A stretch of DNA of 64,000 nt from Acutalibacteraceae bacterium (GCA_045656145.1 JAZOQP010000037.1:13257-77256); one strand, 5' to 3'; positions 33,558 to 43,287 are shown, counted from the first letter of the stretch. Notes: generated by a model not told the origin, from the sequence alone. Translations and numbers: made by a program.

Positions 33558-34135
33558 ACTATAAATTCCTTTACAACATTGCATAATATTCCAAGCGCCG
33601 CTGAAATCAATATTAATACTATTGTGGACATTTTCTTTTTGGTTATCCATTTATAACCATAAAATACAACACATAAAAGCGCAAAAATGATAAACGGTAT
33701 TGCGGCAAATGAGAATTCATTTATCGATACATAACCTACCGCCTTTGCCAAAAGAACAAGACCTGTTGATAAAATAAGCGAAACAATAACGGGTTTCACG
33801 CCCTTAATAAAACTCTTGAAAAACTTATTTTCGGTTAAGTTTCTTAGAATTGCGGCTATTATTAAAATTATTATAAATGAGGGTAAAACAACTCCAAGCG
33901 TTGCCACCGCACTGCCTAAAATTCCACCCTGCGCTGAACCAATATAGGTTGCCATATTAATTGCAACGGGGCCCGGAGTTGACTCACACACACCTAAAAA
34001 GGAATAAAACTGCGATTCATTAAGCCAATTGTATTTTAAAACCGTTTCTTCAATAAGGGGAATCATTGCAAAGCCGCCGCCAAATGTGAAAAGGCCTATC
34101 TTAAAAAATTCAAAAAATAACAATAAATAAATCAT
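33554..34135 (-). CDS. chrA: Chromate transporter (CHR) family protein, short-chain half 2
   Basis: FKIGLFTFGGGFAMIPLIEE...ESTPGPVAINMATYIG matches the CHR signature. ATGA overlap with half 1. Confidence 0.85.
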   Translation of the reverse strand: MIYLLLFFEFFKIGLFTFGGGFAMIPLIEETVLKYNWLNESQFYSFLGVCESTPGPVAINMATYIGSAQGGILGSAVATLGVVLPSFIIILIIAAILRNLTENKFFKSFIKGVKPVIVSLILSTGLVLLAKAVGYVSINEFSFAAIPFIIFALLCVVFYGYKWITKKKMSTIVLILISAALGILCNVVKEFIV

Positions 34136-34692
34136 TTCTTTTCCCCCTTAACTGAAGGCAAAGCATAGGCGAAAATTCCTATAACCCCACCTATTAGAAT
34201 GAAGAAAATAGAACTGAAATTTATAGAGAATATTTGGAAAACGAGTAAAAGGCTTAAAACAATAAAAAAGGTTAAAAGCGGCAACACCTTTTTTTCAAGC
34301 TTTTTAAACATATCAATTCCCGCCTTTGTGATAAGAAAGGCCACAGCGCTCTTAATTCCAACAAATGCATAGGCTACATATTTATTAGCCATAAATTTAT
34401 CGAGCACTAAAGAAATTAAATAGATTATTATAAAGGATGGCAAAACAACGCCTAAAGTTGCGAAGACACTCCCCAAAACTCCCTTTTTCTTAAAACCTAT
34501 ATAGGTTGCCATATTAATAGCAATAGGTCCGGGGGTTGATTCGGAGACGGCAATAATTTCAATGAAATCATCTTCACTTATCCAACCATATTTCAAAACA
34601 ACCAATTCTCTTATATTGGCTATCATTGCATAGCCGCCGCCAAAGGTAATAAGGCCAATTTTAAAGAATGTTAAAAATAACTTCCAGAGCAT
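34132..34692 (-). CDS. chrA: Chromate transporter (CHR) family protein, short-chain half 1
   Basis: FKIGLITFGGGYAMIANIRE...ESTPGPIAINMATYIG. AAGGAGGAG RBS. Confidence 0.85.
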   Translation of the reverse strand: MLWKLFLTFFKIGLITFGGGYAMIANIRELVVLKYGWISEDDFIEIIAVSESTPGPIAINMATYIGFKKKGVLGSVFATLGVVLPSFIIIYLISLVLDKFMANKYVAYAFVGIKSAVAFLITKAGIDMFKKLEKKVLPLLTFFIVLSLLLVFQIFSINFSSIFFILIGGVIGIFAYALPSVKGEKK

Positions 34693-34721
34693 TTTTCTCC
34701 TCCTTTTTTATTTATAAAAAT

Positions 34722-34732
34722 ATTATATCACA
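34722..34732 (-). promoter_or_regulatory. Extended -10 promoter element upstream of the chrA-chrA-fprA-rubredoxin operon
   Basis: The minus strand reads TGaTATAAT about 30 nt upstream of the RBS. The -35 is poor. Confidence 0.4.
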
Positions 34733-34762
34733 GTTTTTTAAAAAAAGCATTAAAATTTAAAA

Positions 34763-34791
34763 AACTCTGCCTTAAAATTTAAGGCAGAGTT
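34763..34791 (-). terminator. Terminator after the beta-helix lipoprotein pair
   Basis: AACTCTGCCTT-aaaattt-AAGGCAGAGTT, followed by T-rich sequence on the minus strand. Confidence 0.8.
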
Positions 34792-34795
34792 AATT

Positions 34796-36394
34796 TTAAT
34801 AATCCACAAGTTTAAAGGTGTTTCCGGAAGCAGTAAAATAAGAGTTTATAGCCTCCAAATAATTACCATCCAAGGTTGCACCACCAAAAATTCTAGCTCT
34901 TTCGTGCTGAAGAAATTGATTATTCTTTAAAATCATATTATTTTTATTGTTTTCGGGCGAAGAAATGCCTAAAACCCTGCCTCTTGAGCGGTCGAAAATA
35001 TTATTTTCAATATAAAGCGGTTTTACATGGATATTGGTAAATTCGCCCTTCTCATTTTGTCCGCCCGAAGCATCATATTTAAAGGTTGCGTAAACGTTTT
35101 TATCGGGTCTATCCAAGCTTCCCCAACCCCAACCTGTATAACGGGTAATATTATTTCGAATATACACATCGTTATAGGTAAATGTTCCATTAGGGGAATT
35201 CTTTTGCTCATTAACATCCCTTAAAGAGAATGCCTCGAAATCATAGGTGTTAAATTCAAGAAGATTATCTTCATAATGAATATTGGTATAATTTGTTGCG
35301 GAAATTTGCTCGGAATCGGGGTCAGTTTTAGTGGGGCCCTGATGAGTTAGTGCCGCATCATAAGCCTGGAAGAAATAGTTATCGTGAATATTAATATCCA
35401 CAGCCACACTCCAAAACTCAACCGCATTACCAAGCGATACGCTAGTTCCCAAATGCAAATCTCGTCCGCCGCAATAACCCATAATGCAACCCTCAATTTC
35501 CATTCCGTAAACAGGACCCAAAGTTCCAAGGAAATGAACGCCTGTATACATTAAGCAAAGGTTTTGAATTTTAACATCTTTGAGGGTTTTGCCGCCACCT
35601 GTCATAAGGGAATAGCCATCAACAATTTCAATATTATGATAAATTTCGCCGGGATTTCCATCCGGACTATAGATGGTTAATCTTTTACCCAAATAAACAT
35701 TCAAGGGTCTTCCCTTTATTCTGTTCATAGACTGCACAGGACGACCTATAAATTCACCGTTATTGAATATTATATTAGAATAGTCGCCGGTAATTCCGGT
35801 GTATTCATATACATCCTCTTCAATTTCAACCCATTTATATGCCTTGCCATCACGCGAGCCATAAATCCTTGGTTTAACGCCCTCGCCATAGGCCGCATAG
35901 GTAACACCGGGCATTAATTTTATTTGGCCTCTGAAGATATCTCCTCTGCGGAAAAGCACGGCATCTCCTGGTTTTAAATCCAACCTAAAAGAACTATAGG
36001 TGCTTTTTGCGGTTTCGGGGGTAAGACCATCGTTTTTATCGTCTCCCTCGTTTGAAAGATAATAGGTGGTACCCTCTACCTTTACATCATCGGGATAATT
36101 TTCTATCTTCTCTAGTCTTTCATCTGCCTTTTTTGTAACTTCTAAAACAGCAGGGTCATCCGATTCTATTTTAGCATTTGTTACATTTCGGTAAAAAAGG
36201 CCCATAACAACAGGATTTCTAACGGTTTTTTGGGTAACAAATGTATCTTTATATTGATAATTCTCTACACTTTCTGTTGGCCCTTTTGAAGCCTCATTAT
36301 TTTCATTCTCATTTTGTTTTTGAGGCTCGCCACCACAGGCAGCGAGTGTGAAAATAAGAGAAACGCAAAGAATTAAACTTATAATTCTCCTCAT
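34796..36394 (-). CDS. Right-handed beta-helix lipoprotein, paralog B
   Basis: Lipobox IFTLAA-CGG. GTTYYLSNEGDDKNDGLTPETAKSTY...KPGDAVLFRRGDIFRGQIKL...YGEGVKPRIYGS, then beta-helix coils (NIHDNYFFQAYDAALTHQ, YIRNNITRYTGWGWG, YIENNIFDRS). The start was taken at ATG 36392-36394. Confidence 0.8.
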   Translation of the reverse strand: MRRIISLILCVSLIFTLAACGGEPQKQNENENNEASKGPTESVENYQYKDTFVTQKTVRNPVVMGLFYRNVTNAKIESDDPAVLEVTKKADERLEKIENYPDDVKVEGTTYYLSNEGDDKNDGLTPETAKSTYSSFRLDLKPGDAVLFRRGDIFRGQIKLMPGVTYAAYGEGVKPRIYGSRDGKAYKWVEIEEDVYEYTGITGDYSNIIFNNGEFIGRPVQSMNRIKGRPLNVYLGKRLTIYSPDGNPGEIYHNIEIVDGYSLMTGGGKTLKDVKIQNLCLMYTGVHFLGTLGPVYGMEIEGCIMGYCGGRDLHLGTSVSLGNAVEFWSVAVDINIHDNYFFQAYDAALTHQGPTKTDPDSEQISATNYTNIHYEDNLLEFNTYDFEAFSLRDVNEQKNSPNGTFTYNDVYIRNNITRYTGWGWGSLDRPDKNVYATFKYDASGGQNEKGEFTNIHVKPLYIENNIFDRSRGRVLGISSPENNKNNMILKNNQFLQHERARIFGGATLDGNYLEAINSYFTASGNTFKLVDY

Positions 36395-36395
36395 A

Positions 36396-37970
36396 TTATC
36401 TTGCAACCTCAATAAATGTATTTCCGGAAGCAGTATAGTGAGAATTAATATAGCTCATATAATCATCTTTTAAGGTAAGACCACCCGCAATTTTAGCATT
36501 CTTCGGCTGAACAAACTGATTGTTATTCAAAATCATATTAGCCTTATTAAATTCAGGGGTAGAAATTCCTAAAACGCTTTTTCTTGAACGGTCAAAGATA
36601 TTGTTTTCAATATAAAGAGGTTTAACATGGAGGTTGGTAAATTTACCATTTTCATCCTGCTCGCCCTCGGCATCATATTTAAATACGGTGTAAACATTTT
36701 TATCAGGTCTATCAAGGCTTCCCCATCCCCAACCTGTATAACGGGTAATATTACCTCTTATATAAACATCGTTATATGTAAATGTACCATTGGGAGACTT
36801 CTTTTGCATTGCTACGCTTCGACAAGAGAATGCCTCGAAATCATAGGTGTTAAATTCGCAGAGGTTATCCTCATAATGAATATTTGTATAGTTGGTTGCT
36901 CTTACCTGCTCGCTATCAGGGTTAACCGAAGTGGGTCCTTGGTGAGTTAAAGCGGCATCGAATGCCTGGAAGAAATAGTTATCGTGAATATTGATGTCCA
37001 CTGCTACGCTCCAAAACTCAACGCAGTTGCCAAGCGATGTTGCTGCAGCGCCCCTATATAAATCTCTACCTCCGCAGTAACCCATTATACAGCCCTCAAT
37101 TTCCATTCCGTAAACGGGGCCTAATGTGCCTAAGAAATGAACACCTGTGTACATCATGCAAAGATTTTGAAGCTTTATATTCTTTAAAGCCTTGCCGTTA
37201 CCTACCATAAGGCAATAGCCATCAACAATTTCAATATTGTGGAAAATTTCTCCCGGGTTACCATCCGGACTATAAATAGTTAAACGAGAGCCCAAGAAAA
37301 CATTTAAAGCCTTTTTCTTAAGATTTGCTCTTGTCTGAACAGGGCGACCTATATATTCGCCGTTATTGAAGATAATATTGGAATAATCGCCTGTGATACC
37401 TGTGTATTCATAAATATCAGGGTCGCTTGTTGCTACCCATTCTCTTTCAAGACCATCTCTTGAACCATAAAGGCGTGGCTTAACGCCTTCTCCGTAAGCA
37501 CCATAGGTAACACCTGAAACAAGGCCTATCTGACCGCGGAAAATATCTCCTCTGCGGAAAAGAACAGCATCGCCCTCTTTTATCTCAAAGCGGATTGCAT
37601 CATAATCTTTTTTTGCGGTTTCGGGGGTTGTGCCATCAGCCTTATTATCTCCCTCATTGGAGAGATAATAGGTTGTGCCTTCAACCTTCACATTATCGGG
37701 GTAATCCTCGATTTCCTTAAGCTTTGCATCTGCTTTTTTATCGATTTCCAATATAACAGGGTCATCTGAAGTGATTTTAGCACCTGTTACGTTTCTGTAA
37801 AAGAGTCCCATAACAACAGGATTATTGGGATCCTTTTCGGTGATATATGTATCTTTATATACATACCCTTCTGCCTCAGGTTCCTTTACATCGGCAGGGG
37901 TTTTGCCACCACAGGCGGCAAGGGAAAAAATCATGCATAGGACAAGTAAAATGCTAATAATTCTTTTCAT
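36396..37970 (-). CDS. Right-handed beta-helix lipoprotein, paralog A
   Basis: Lipobox IFSLAA-CGG. About 75-80% identical by eye to the downstream paralog over the whole mature length. ATG 37968-37970 lies 8 nt after AAGGAAG. Confidence 0.8.
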   Translation of the reverse strand: MKRIISILLVLCMIFSLAACGGKTPADVKEPEAEGYVYKDTYITEKDPNNPVVMGLFYRNVTGAKITSDDPVILEIDKKADAKLKEIEDYPDNVKVEGTTYYLSNEGDNKADGTTPETAKKDYDAIRFEIKEGDAVLFRRGDIFRGQIGLVSGVTYGAYGEGVKPRLYGSRDGLEREWVATSDPDIYEYTGITGDYSNIIFNNGEYIGRPVQTRANLKKKALNVFLGSRLTIYSPDGNPGEIFHNIEIVDGYCLMVGNGKALKNIKLQNLCMMYTGVHFLGTLGPVYGMEIEGCIMGYCGGRDLYRGAAATSLGNCVEFWSVAVDINIHDNYFFQAFDAALTHQGPTSVNPDSEQVRATNYTNIHYEDNLCEFNTYDFEAFSCRSVAMQKKSPNGTFTYNDVYIRGNITRYTGWGWGSLDRPDKNVYTVFKYDAEGEQDENGKFTNLHVKPLYIENNIFDRSRKSVLGISTPEFNKANMILNNNQFVQPKNAKIAGGLTLKDDYMSYINSHYTASGNTFIEVAR

Positions 37971-38019
37971 AAAAAACACTTCCTTTTTTTGAATTTTAAT
38001 TCAAGTGCATTTTAACATA

Positions 38020-38054
38020 TAAAAGCCATAAAATCAATAGATTTTATGGCTTTT
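38020..38054 (-). terminator. Terminator after ldhA
   Basis: AAAAGCCATAAAATC-aatag-ATTTTATGGCTTTT. Confidence 0.8.
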
Positions 38055-38056
38055 TG

Positions 38057-39031
38057 CTAAAATGATATTATATTTTCACATTTACCCGTTTTTAATATTT
38101 CAAAAATGTTTTTTGTTGTGGTTTCAGCGATGTTTTGAAGCGCCTCTTTGGTTAAAAATGCCTGGTGTGAAGTTACTATAACATTTGGCATACTAATAAG
38201 GCGCGCCAAGGTATCATCATCAACAATGTGTCCCGAAAAGTCTTCAAAAAAGAAATCTGATTCTTCTTCGTAAACATCTAAACAAGCTCCGCCGACCTTT
38301 CTTTCCTTAATACCTGCAAGAAGAGCTTCGGCATCGATTAAGGCTCCGCGAGAGGTGTTAAGAATCATAACACCCTTTTTCATCTTCTCAATAGATTCTT
38401 CATCTATTATATGATAGGTTTCACGGTTTAGCGGGCAATGAAGAGATATAATATCGCTTCTTTTAAAAATCTCATCAAGAGAAACATACTGAACATCTAT
38501 TTCGCTGTTCGGATATTTATCATAGGCTATAACATTCATTTTAAAGCCTTTGCAAATATCGATGAACACCCTTCCAATTTTACCTGTTCCTATTACACCT
38601 ACGGTTTTATTATATAAATCAAAACCCGTTAGTCCCGCAAGGCTGAAATTAAAATCCTTGGTTCTGATATATGCCTTATGCACCCTTCTTATAGAGGTTA
38701 AAAGCATTGCCATAGCATGCTCGGCAACGGCATAGGGAGAATATGCGGGAACATGCACAACAGGAATTCTTCCCTTTAGCGCCTTAAAATCCACATTATT
38801 ATAACCTGCGCAACGAAGAGCAATAACCTTAATATCCATACGGCAAAGTTCTTCTATTACTTCGGCAGATAAAGTATCATTTACAAAAACGCAAACTCCA
38901 TCCGCTCCCTCGGCCAAACGCACGGTATCGATATTAAGCTTAGTTTCAAAAAATTTAAATTTTAAATCACTCTCTATGCTGTTAAAAGATTCTATATCAT
39001 AACTTTTTGCATCAAAAAACGCTATCTTCAT
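38057..39031 (-). CDS. ldhA: D-lactate dehydrogenase / D-isomer-specific 2-hydroxyacid dehydrogenase
   Basis: MKIAFFDAKSYD..., NAD-binding fingerprint GVIGTGKIGRV, and catalytic-region motifs (NTSRG, TSHQAFLT). GGTGGAGG RBS before ATG 39029-39031. Confidence 0.85.
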   Translation of the reverse strand: MKIAFFDAKSYDIESFNSIESDLKFKFFETKLNIDTVRLAEGADGVCVFVNDTLSAEVIEELCRMDIKVIALRCAGYNNVDFKALKGRIPVVHVPAYSPYAVAEHAMAMLLTSIRRVHKAYIRTKDFNFSLAGLTGFDLYNKTVGVIGTGKIGRVFIDICKGFKMNVIAYDKYPNSEIDVQYVSLDEIFKRSDIISLHCPLNRETYHIIDEESIEKMKKGVMILNTSRGALIDAEALLAGIKERKVGGACLDVYEEESDFFFEDFSGHIVDDDTLARLISMPNVIVTSHQAFLTKEALQNIAETTTKNIFEILKTGKCENIISF

Positions 39032-39060
39032 AAAATCGCCTCCACCTTTAATATGTGTAA

Positions 39061-39089
39061 AAAATGCCGAGATTTTCACTCGGCATTTT
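39061..39089 (-). terminator. Terminator after the phosphoribosyltransferase gene
   Basis: AAAATGCCGAG-attttca-CTCGGCATTTT plus a T run on the minus strand. Confidence 0.75.
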
Positions 39090-39092
39090 AAT

Positions 39093-39632
39093 TTATTTAA
39101 AAAATAGTGGTAACGGCTCTAAGAAAATAATGTCTTTTCTATTTGCAGCATCACCTTCGGCTAAAACTGCCGCGGTAGCAACCTCTATACCGCCTGCCGC
39201 TTCTACTAATTTTCTAACCGCAATAAGCGATTCGCCCGTGCTTATAACATCATCAACAATAAGCACCCTTTTACCCTTAATTAATGCGGCTTCATCGGAG
39301 CCTAAATAAAGGGTTTGAACGCGGTCTGTAGTGATTGAGCGAACCTCAACCTTTACAGGATCTCCCAAATAAACCTTCTTGCCCTTTCTTGCCACAATAT
39401 AGGGTTTACCCGATTGTCTTGACATTTCATAAGCCAAAGGAATGCTTTTAGCCTCGGGAGTTAAAATAAAATCGAATTCGGGCACCTTTTTAAGAAGTTC
39501 TTCTGATGCCGCAATCGTTACTTCGGTATCTCCAAAAAGAATAAATGCAGCAATATCAAGATTTTCATTAACTGCAAAACGCTTTAATTTTCTGTCTTTC
39601 CCTGCGATTGTAATATCATAAAATTCTGACAT
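39093..39632 (-). CDS. Phosphoribosyltransferase family protein (purine/adenine PRT-like)
   Basis: PRPP-binding motif VLIVDDVISTGESL. 179 aa. Confidence 0.75.
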   Translation of the reverse strand: MSEFYDITIAGKDRKLKRFAVNENLDIAAFILFGDTEVTIAASEELLKKVPEFDFILTPEAKSIPLAYEMSRQSGKPYIVARKGKKVYLGDPVKVEVRSITTDRVQTLYLGSDEAALIKGKRVLIVDDVISTGESLIAVRKLVEAAGGIEVATAAVLAEGDAANRKDIIFLEPLPLFFK

Positions 39633-39652
39633 ATTATTACCCTCTTTCTTTT

Positions 39653-39994
39653 TTAACCGGGAGGCCAGGCAAGATTTCTTCTGGCGAGCAAATGGAAATG
39701 AATATGGCCAACGGTTTGGCCTCCATCCTCTCCGCAGTTATTCACAACGCGAAAACCTTTTTCCAAATTTTCTTGCTCTGCAATTTTGGCAACCGCCTCA
39801 AAAACCTTGGCTATTAAAAAGCTGTTCTTTTCGTTTATTTCTTTTGCCGATGCAATATGCTCTTTAGGAATTATTACCGCATGGAAAGGAGCCTGCGGAG
39901 CAATATCTAAAAAAGCATAAATAAATTCATCTTCATAAACCTTTTGGCTTGGAATATCTCCTGCCGCTATTTTACAAAATAAGCAGTCGTTCAT
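39653..39994 (-). CDS. HIT (histidine triad) family nucleotide hydrolase
   Basis: CLFCKI...N.G...GQTVGHIHFHLL (HxHxHxx). Confidence 0.9.
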   Translation of the reverse strand: MNDCLFCKIAAGDIPSQKVYEDEFIYAFLDIAPQAPFHAVIIPKEHIASAKEINEKNSFLIAKVFEAVAKIAEQENLEKGFRVVNNCGEDGGQTVGHIHFHLLARRNLAWPPG

Positions 39995-39995
39995 A

Positions 39996-42623
39996 TTATT
40001 TTCCTACCTTTTCATTAAGGATGGTTTTCACAATGCTTAATGCTTCTTCGGTTTTATTAGCATCCTTACCGCCGGCCATAGCAATATCGGGGCGTCCTCC
40101 GCCGTTACCGCCTGTAACCTTAGCAACAGCCGATACTATTTCGCCTGCCTTAACACCCTTTGCTACAGCATTTTTGCCTGCAGCTGCACAGAATGTGAGC
40201 TTATCACCTGCTTTTGCCGCTAAAACGATAACTGCATTTTCATTATCATTCTTAACCTTTTCGCAAATAGAACGAATTTCATCCGCTGCGGAATTTTCAA
40301 GCGCTGCGGTTGTGAGTTCAAGTCCACCGATTTCCTCGGCATTTTTAAGAATTTCATCAAGTTTCATAAAGGCAAGGCGGCTTTCAAGAGTTTCCAAAGC
40401 CTTTTCCTTTTCCTTAAGGTCATTCATCACTACTGCGGCGCGCTTAGCAATATCATTAGCATTGGCAACCTTTAGTGTGGCAGCAGTTTCATTGATTAAA
40501 TCTTGCTTTTCATAAATGTAATCCAAGATATTTGCGCCTGTTACCGCTTCAATTCTGCGAACACCTGCGGCAACACTTGATTCGCTCACAATTTTAAATG
40601 CTCCGATTTCGCCTGTGTTACCAACATGGGTACCACCGCAGAATTCAACCGATTCATTCTCAATCTTAACAACGCGAACTGTCTCGCCATATTTTTCGCC
40701 GAAAAGTGCCATAGCGCCAAGTTTTTTGGCTTCAGCAAGCGGCATTTCGCGGTTATCAACAACTAAAGCGGAAAGAATAACCTCATTTACAATTTTCTCA
40801 ACCTTTTGGATTTCCTCTAAGCTAAGTCCTGAGAAATGAGTGAAGTCAAAGCGGGTAACCTTTTCATTTACCATGCTTCCTGCCTGCTCAACATGGGTGC
40901 CGAGCACCTTGCGAAGAGCCGCCTGAAGAAGATGGGCTGCGGTGTGTGAACGCTTTATTGCCTTGCGGCGAGCAATGTTAATTTCGGCATTTGCCTTTGA
41001 ATTAACCGAAACGCTTCCCTTTTCTACCTTACCATAATGTAAAAATAAATTATCGGCAGTTTTCTTGGTATCAACAACGTTTATTTCAAAATCTTCGCCG
41101 ATTATCTTACCACTATCTCCAACCTGACCGCCGCTTTCGGCATAGAAAGGAGTTTTATTTAAAACGATAATTACATTCTCGTTTTCGGTAGCTACCGCTT
41201 TATGCTCATTATCGCTAACAATATCGAGAATTTCTGCTTTACAGGTGTAATCCGTATAGCCTACAAACTCAGTAGCGCCAATTCCCTCAAAGGCAATGCC
41301 ATCACTCTTCCAACTTTCAGCATCAGCAGCCTTTCTTCCCTTACGAGCCTTTTCTCTTTGCTCTTGCATAAGTTCATTAAATCTATCCTCATCAAGAGTC
41401 ATATTATTTTCATTTAAAATATCTTTGGTTAAATCAAGCGGGAAGCCATAGGTATCATAAAGTTTGAATGCATCCTCGCCCGATAGAGAGCCACCCTCTT
41501 TAGTGAGTGAAGAAAGAATGGCTAAGCCTTGGTCAATGGTCTTAGAGAAGGCAGCCTCTTCGAAGGAAATAACCTTTTTAATAAGCTCTTCCTTTTCAAC
41601 AAGTTCAGGATAACCCGCCTTATTTTGCTCAATAACTGTATCAACGAGAATGCTTAAAAATGCACCCTCAATGCCGATTAACTTTCCGTGTCTTGCGGCT
41701 CTGCGGATAAGACGACGAAGAACATAACCTCTGCCCTCATTTGAAGGAATAATGCCATCGCTAATCATAAATGTTGATGCTCTTGCGTGGTCGGTTATAG
41801 CGCGGATGGAAATATCGGTATTCTTATCATTACCATAGGTTTTACCCGATAATTCGCAAACCTTTGCAAGAATGTTTTTAACGGTATCAACCTCGAACAT
41901 ATTATCAACATCCTGCATAACGCAAGCAAGACGCTCAAGTCCCATACCTGTATCAATATTTTTATGCTCAAGCTCGGTATAGGTGCCATCGCCCATATTG
42001 TTAAACTGAGAGAAAACATTGTTCCAGATTTCCATATATCTATCGCAATCACAACCGGGTTTACAATCAGCGCTTCCGCAACCGTATTTTTCGCCGCGGT
42101 CGAAATAAATTTCACTGCAAGGACCGCAAGGACCTGTTCCATGCTCCCAGAAGTTATCTGCCTTGCCAAGCTTTACAATGTGTTCCTCTTTAACGCCGAT
42201 TTTATCGCGCCAAATAGCATAGGCCTCATCATCCTCTTCATAAACCGATGGCCATAAAAGGTCTGCCGGAATTTCTAATTCCTTTGTTAAAAATTCCCAA
42301 GCCCACTCTATTGCCTGCTCTTTGAAATAATCTCCAAAAGAGAAGTTGCCGAGCATTTCAAAATATGTGCCATGGCGAGCAGTGTGGCCAACACGCTCAA
42401 GGTCAGGCGTACGGATACATTTTTGACAGGTTGTAACCCTATTTTTTGGTGGCACAACCTCGCCTGTGAAATATTTTTTCATAGGCGCCATACCTGAGTT
42501 TATAAGCAAAAGAGATTTATCTCCTTGAGGCACAAGGGAAAAACTGCCTAAACGCAAATGCCCTTTAGATTCAAAGAAGGATAAATATTTCTCTCTTAAA
42601 TCGTTTAAAGAAGTCCACTTCAT
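39996..42623 (-). CDS. alaS: Alanine--tRNA ligase
   Basis: MKWTSLNDLREKYLSFFESKGH..., class II motifs, the editing-domain HTAAHLL...CGGTHV, and a C-terminal DHHA1-like tail. AAGGTGA RBS before ATG 42621-42623. Confidence 0.97.
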   Translation of the reverse strand: MKWTSLNDLREKYLSFFESKGHLRLGSFSLVPQGDKSLLLINSGMAPMKKYFTGEVVPPKNRVTTCQKCIRTPDLERVGHTARHGTYFEMLGNFSFGDYFKEQAIEWAWEFLTKELEIPADLLWPSVYEEDDEAYAIWRDKIGVKEEHIVKLGKADNFWEHGTGPCGPCSEIYFDRGEKYGCGSADCKPGCDCDRYMEIWNNVFSQFNNMGDGTYTELEHKNIDTGMGLERLACVMQDVDNMFEVDTVKNILAKVCELSGKTYGNDKNTDISIRAITDHARASTFMISDGIIPSNEGRGYVLRRLIRRAARHGKLIGIEGAFLSILVDTVIEQNKAGYPELVEKEELIKKVISFEEAAFSKTIDQGLAILSSLTKEGGSLSGEDAFKLYDTYGFPLDLTKDILNENNMTLDEDRFNELMQEQREKARKGRKAADAESWKSDGIAFEGIGATEFVGYTDYTCKAEILDIVSDNEHKAVATENENVIIVLNKTPFYAESGGQVGDSGKIIGEDFEINVVDTKKTADNLFLHYGKVEKGSVSVNSKANAEINIARRKAIKRSHTAAHLLQAALRKVLGTHVEQAGSMVNEKVTRFDFTHFSGLSLEEIQKVEKIVNEVILSALVVDNREMPLAEAKKLGAMALFGEKYGETVRVVKIENESVEFCGGTHVGNTGEIGAFKIVSESSVAAGVRRIEAVTGANILDYIYEKQDLINETAATLKVANANDIAKRAAVVMNDLKEKEKALETLESRLAFMKLDEILKNAEEIGGLELTTAALENSAADEIRSICEKVKNDNENAVIVLAAKAGDKLTFCAAAGKNAVAKGVKAGEIVSAVAKVTGGNGGGRPDIAMAGGKDANKTEEALSIVKTILNEKVGK

Positions 42624-42660
42624 TTTTATCACCTTTGCAATCAAAATTAAATACCAAATA

Positions 42661-42689
42661 ATTATATTACCAAATTAAAAATTTGTCAA
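42661..42689 (-). promoter_or_regulatory. Perfect-consensus sigma-A promoter of alaS
   Basis: Minus strand TTGACA (42684-42689), 17 nt, TATAAT (42661-42666). The leader is only about 30 nt. Confidence 0.6.
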
Positions 42690-42701
42690 ATAACCCAAAG
42701 G

Positions 42702-43286
42702 TTATATAGATTCCTCAATTATCTGCCTTAACCTGTCCACACCTACGCCGCTAAGCGCCGATACGGGCAAAATCTCGGTATTTTCAGGAATAATTCCTTT
42801 GAGTTCTTCCCTTATACCGCAAAACCTTTCATTAAACTCGGTTTTGTTGAGTTTATCACATTTTGTGAGCACCACCATATAAGGAATTTTGAAATGATTT
42901 AAAAATTCAAGCATTGATAAATCAAATTCGCCAACCTTATGGCGCATATCTATAAGCTGAAAAACCATCGGGATATTGCGATGCGTTCTAAAATACCCCT
43001 CCATAAGCGTTGCCCAACGCTCTTTTTCGCGATAATCAACCTTTGCATATCCATAACCCGGAAGGTCAACAACCCTTACCAAATCAAGTTTATAAAAATT
43101 AATTGTAACCGTTTTGCCGGGTTTTCCGCTAACCCTTGCCAAAGCTTTTCGGCCAAGAGTTTTATTAATAAGCGAAGATTTACCAACATTCGATTTGCCT
43201 GCAAAACAAATTTCAGGCAAAGAAGATTCCGGCAACTGTTCCGGCAAGCCATAAGCCGCCTCAAATACGGCACTGTTAAAATTCAT
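42702..43286 (-). CDS. engB: Ribosome-biogenesis GTPase EngB/YsxC/YihA
   Basis: G1 GKSNVGKSSLIN, G3 DLPGYG, G4 TKCDK. 194 aa. Confidence 0.92.
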   Translation of the reverse strand: MNFNSAVFEAAYGLPEQLPESSLPEICFAGKSNVGKSSLINKTLGRKALARVSGKPGKTVTINFYKLDLVRVVDLPGYGYAKVDYREKERWATLMEGYFRTHRNIPMVFQLIDMRHKVGEFDLSMLEFLNHFKIPYMVVLTKCDKLNKTEFNERFCGIREELKGIIPENTEILPVSALSGVGVDRLRQIIEESI

Positions 43287-43287
43287 A

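Noticed and set aside
39949-40515. 188-aa plus-strand ORF rich in Ser/Ala/Phe.
   Set aside because: It is antisense to the 3' part of alaS and low in complexity, with no RBS. Other antisense ORFs were rejected for the same reason: 147-506, 5419-5724, 8609-8935, 42939-43403, 44000-44470, 51868-52182, 54559-54918, 57042-57464, 59603-59920 and 62175-62441.
42624-42701. Expected T-box leader upstream of alaS.
   Set aside because: Only about 78 nt separate engB from alaS. They are occupied by a perfect TTGACA-17-TATAAT promoter and a leader of about 30 nt. There is no specifier hairpin or T-box sequence, so no riboswitch call was made.
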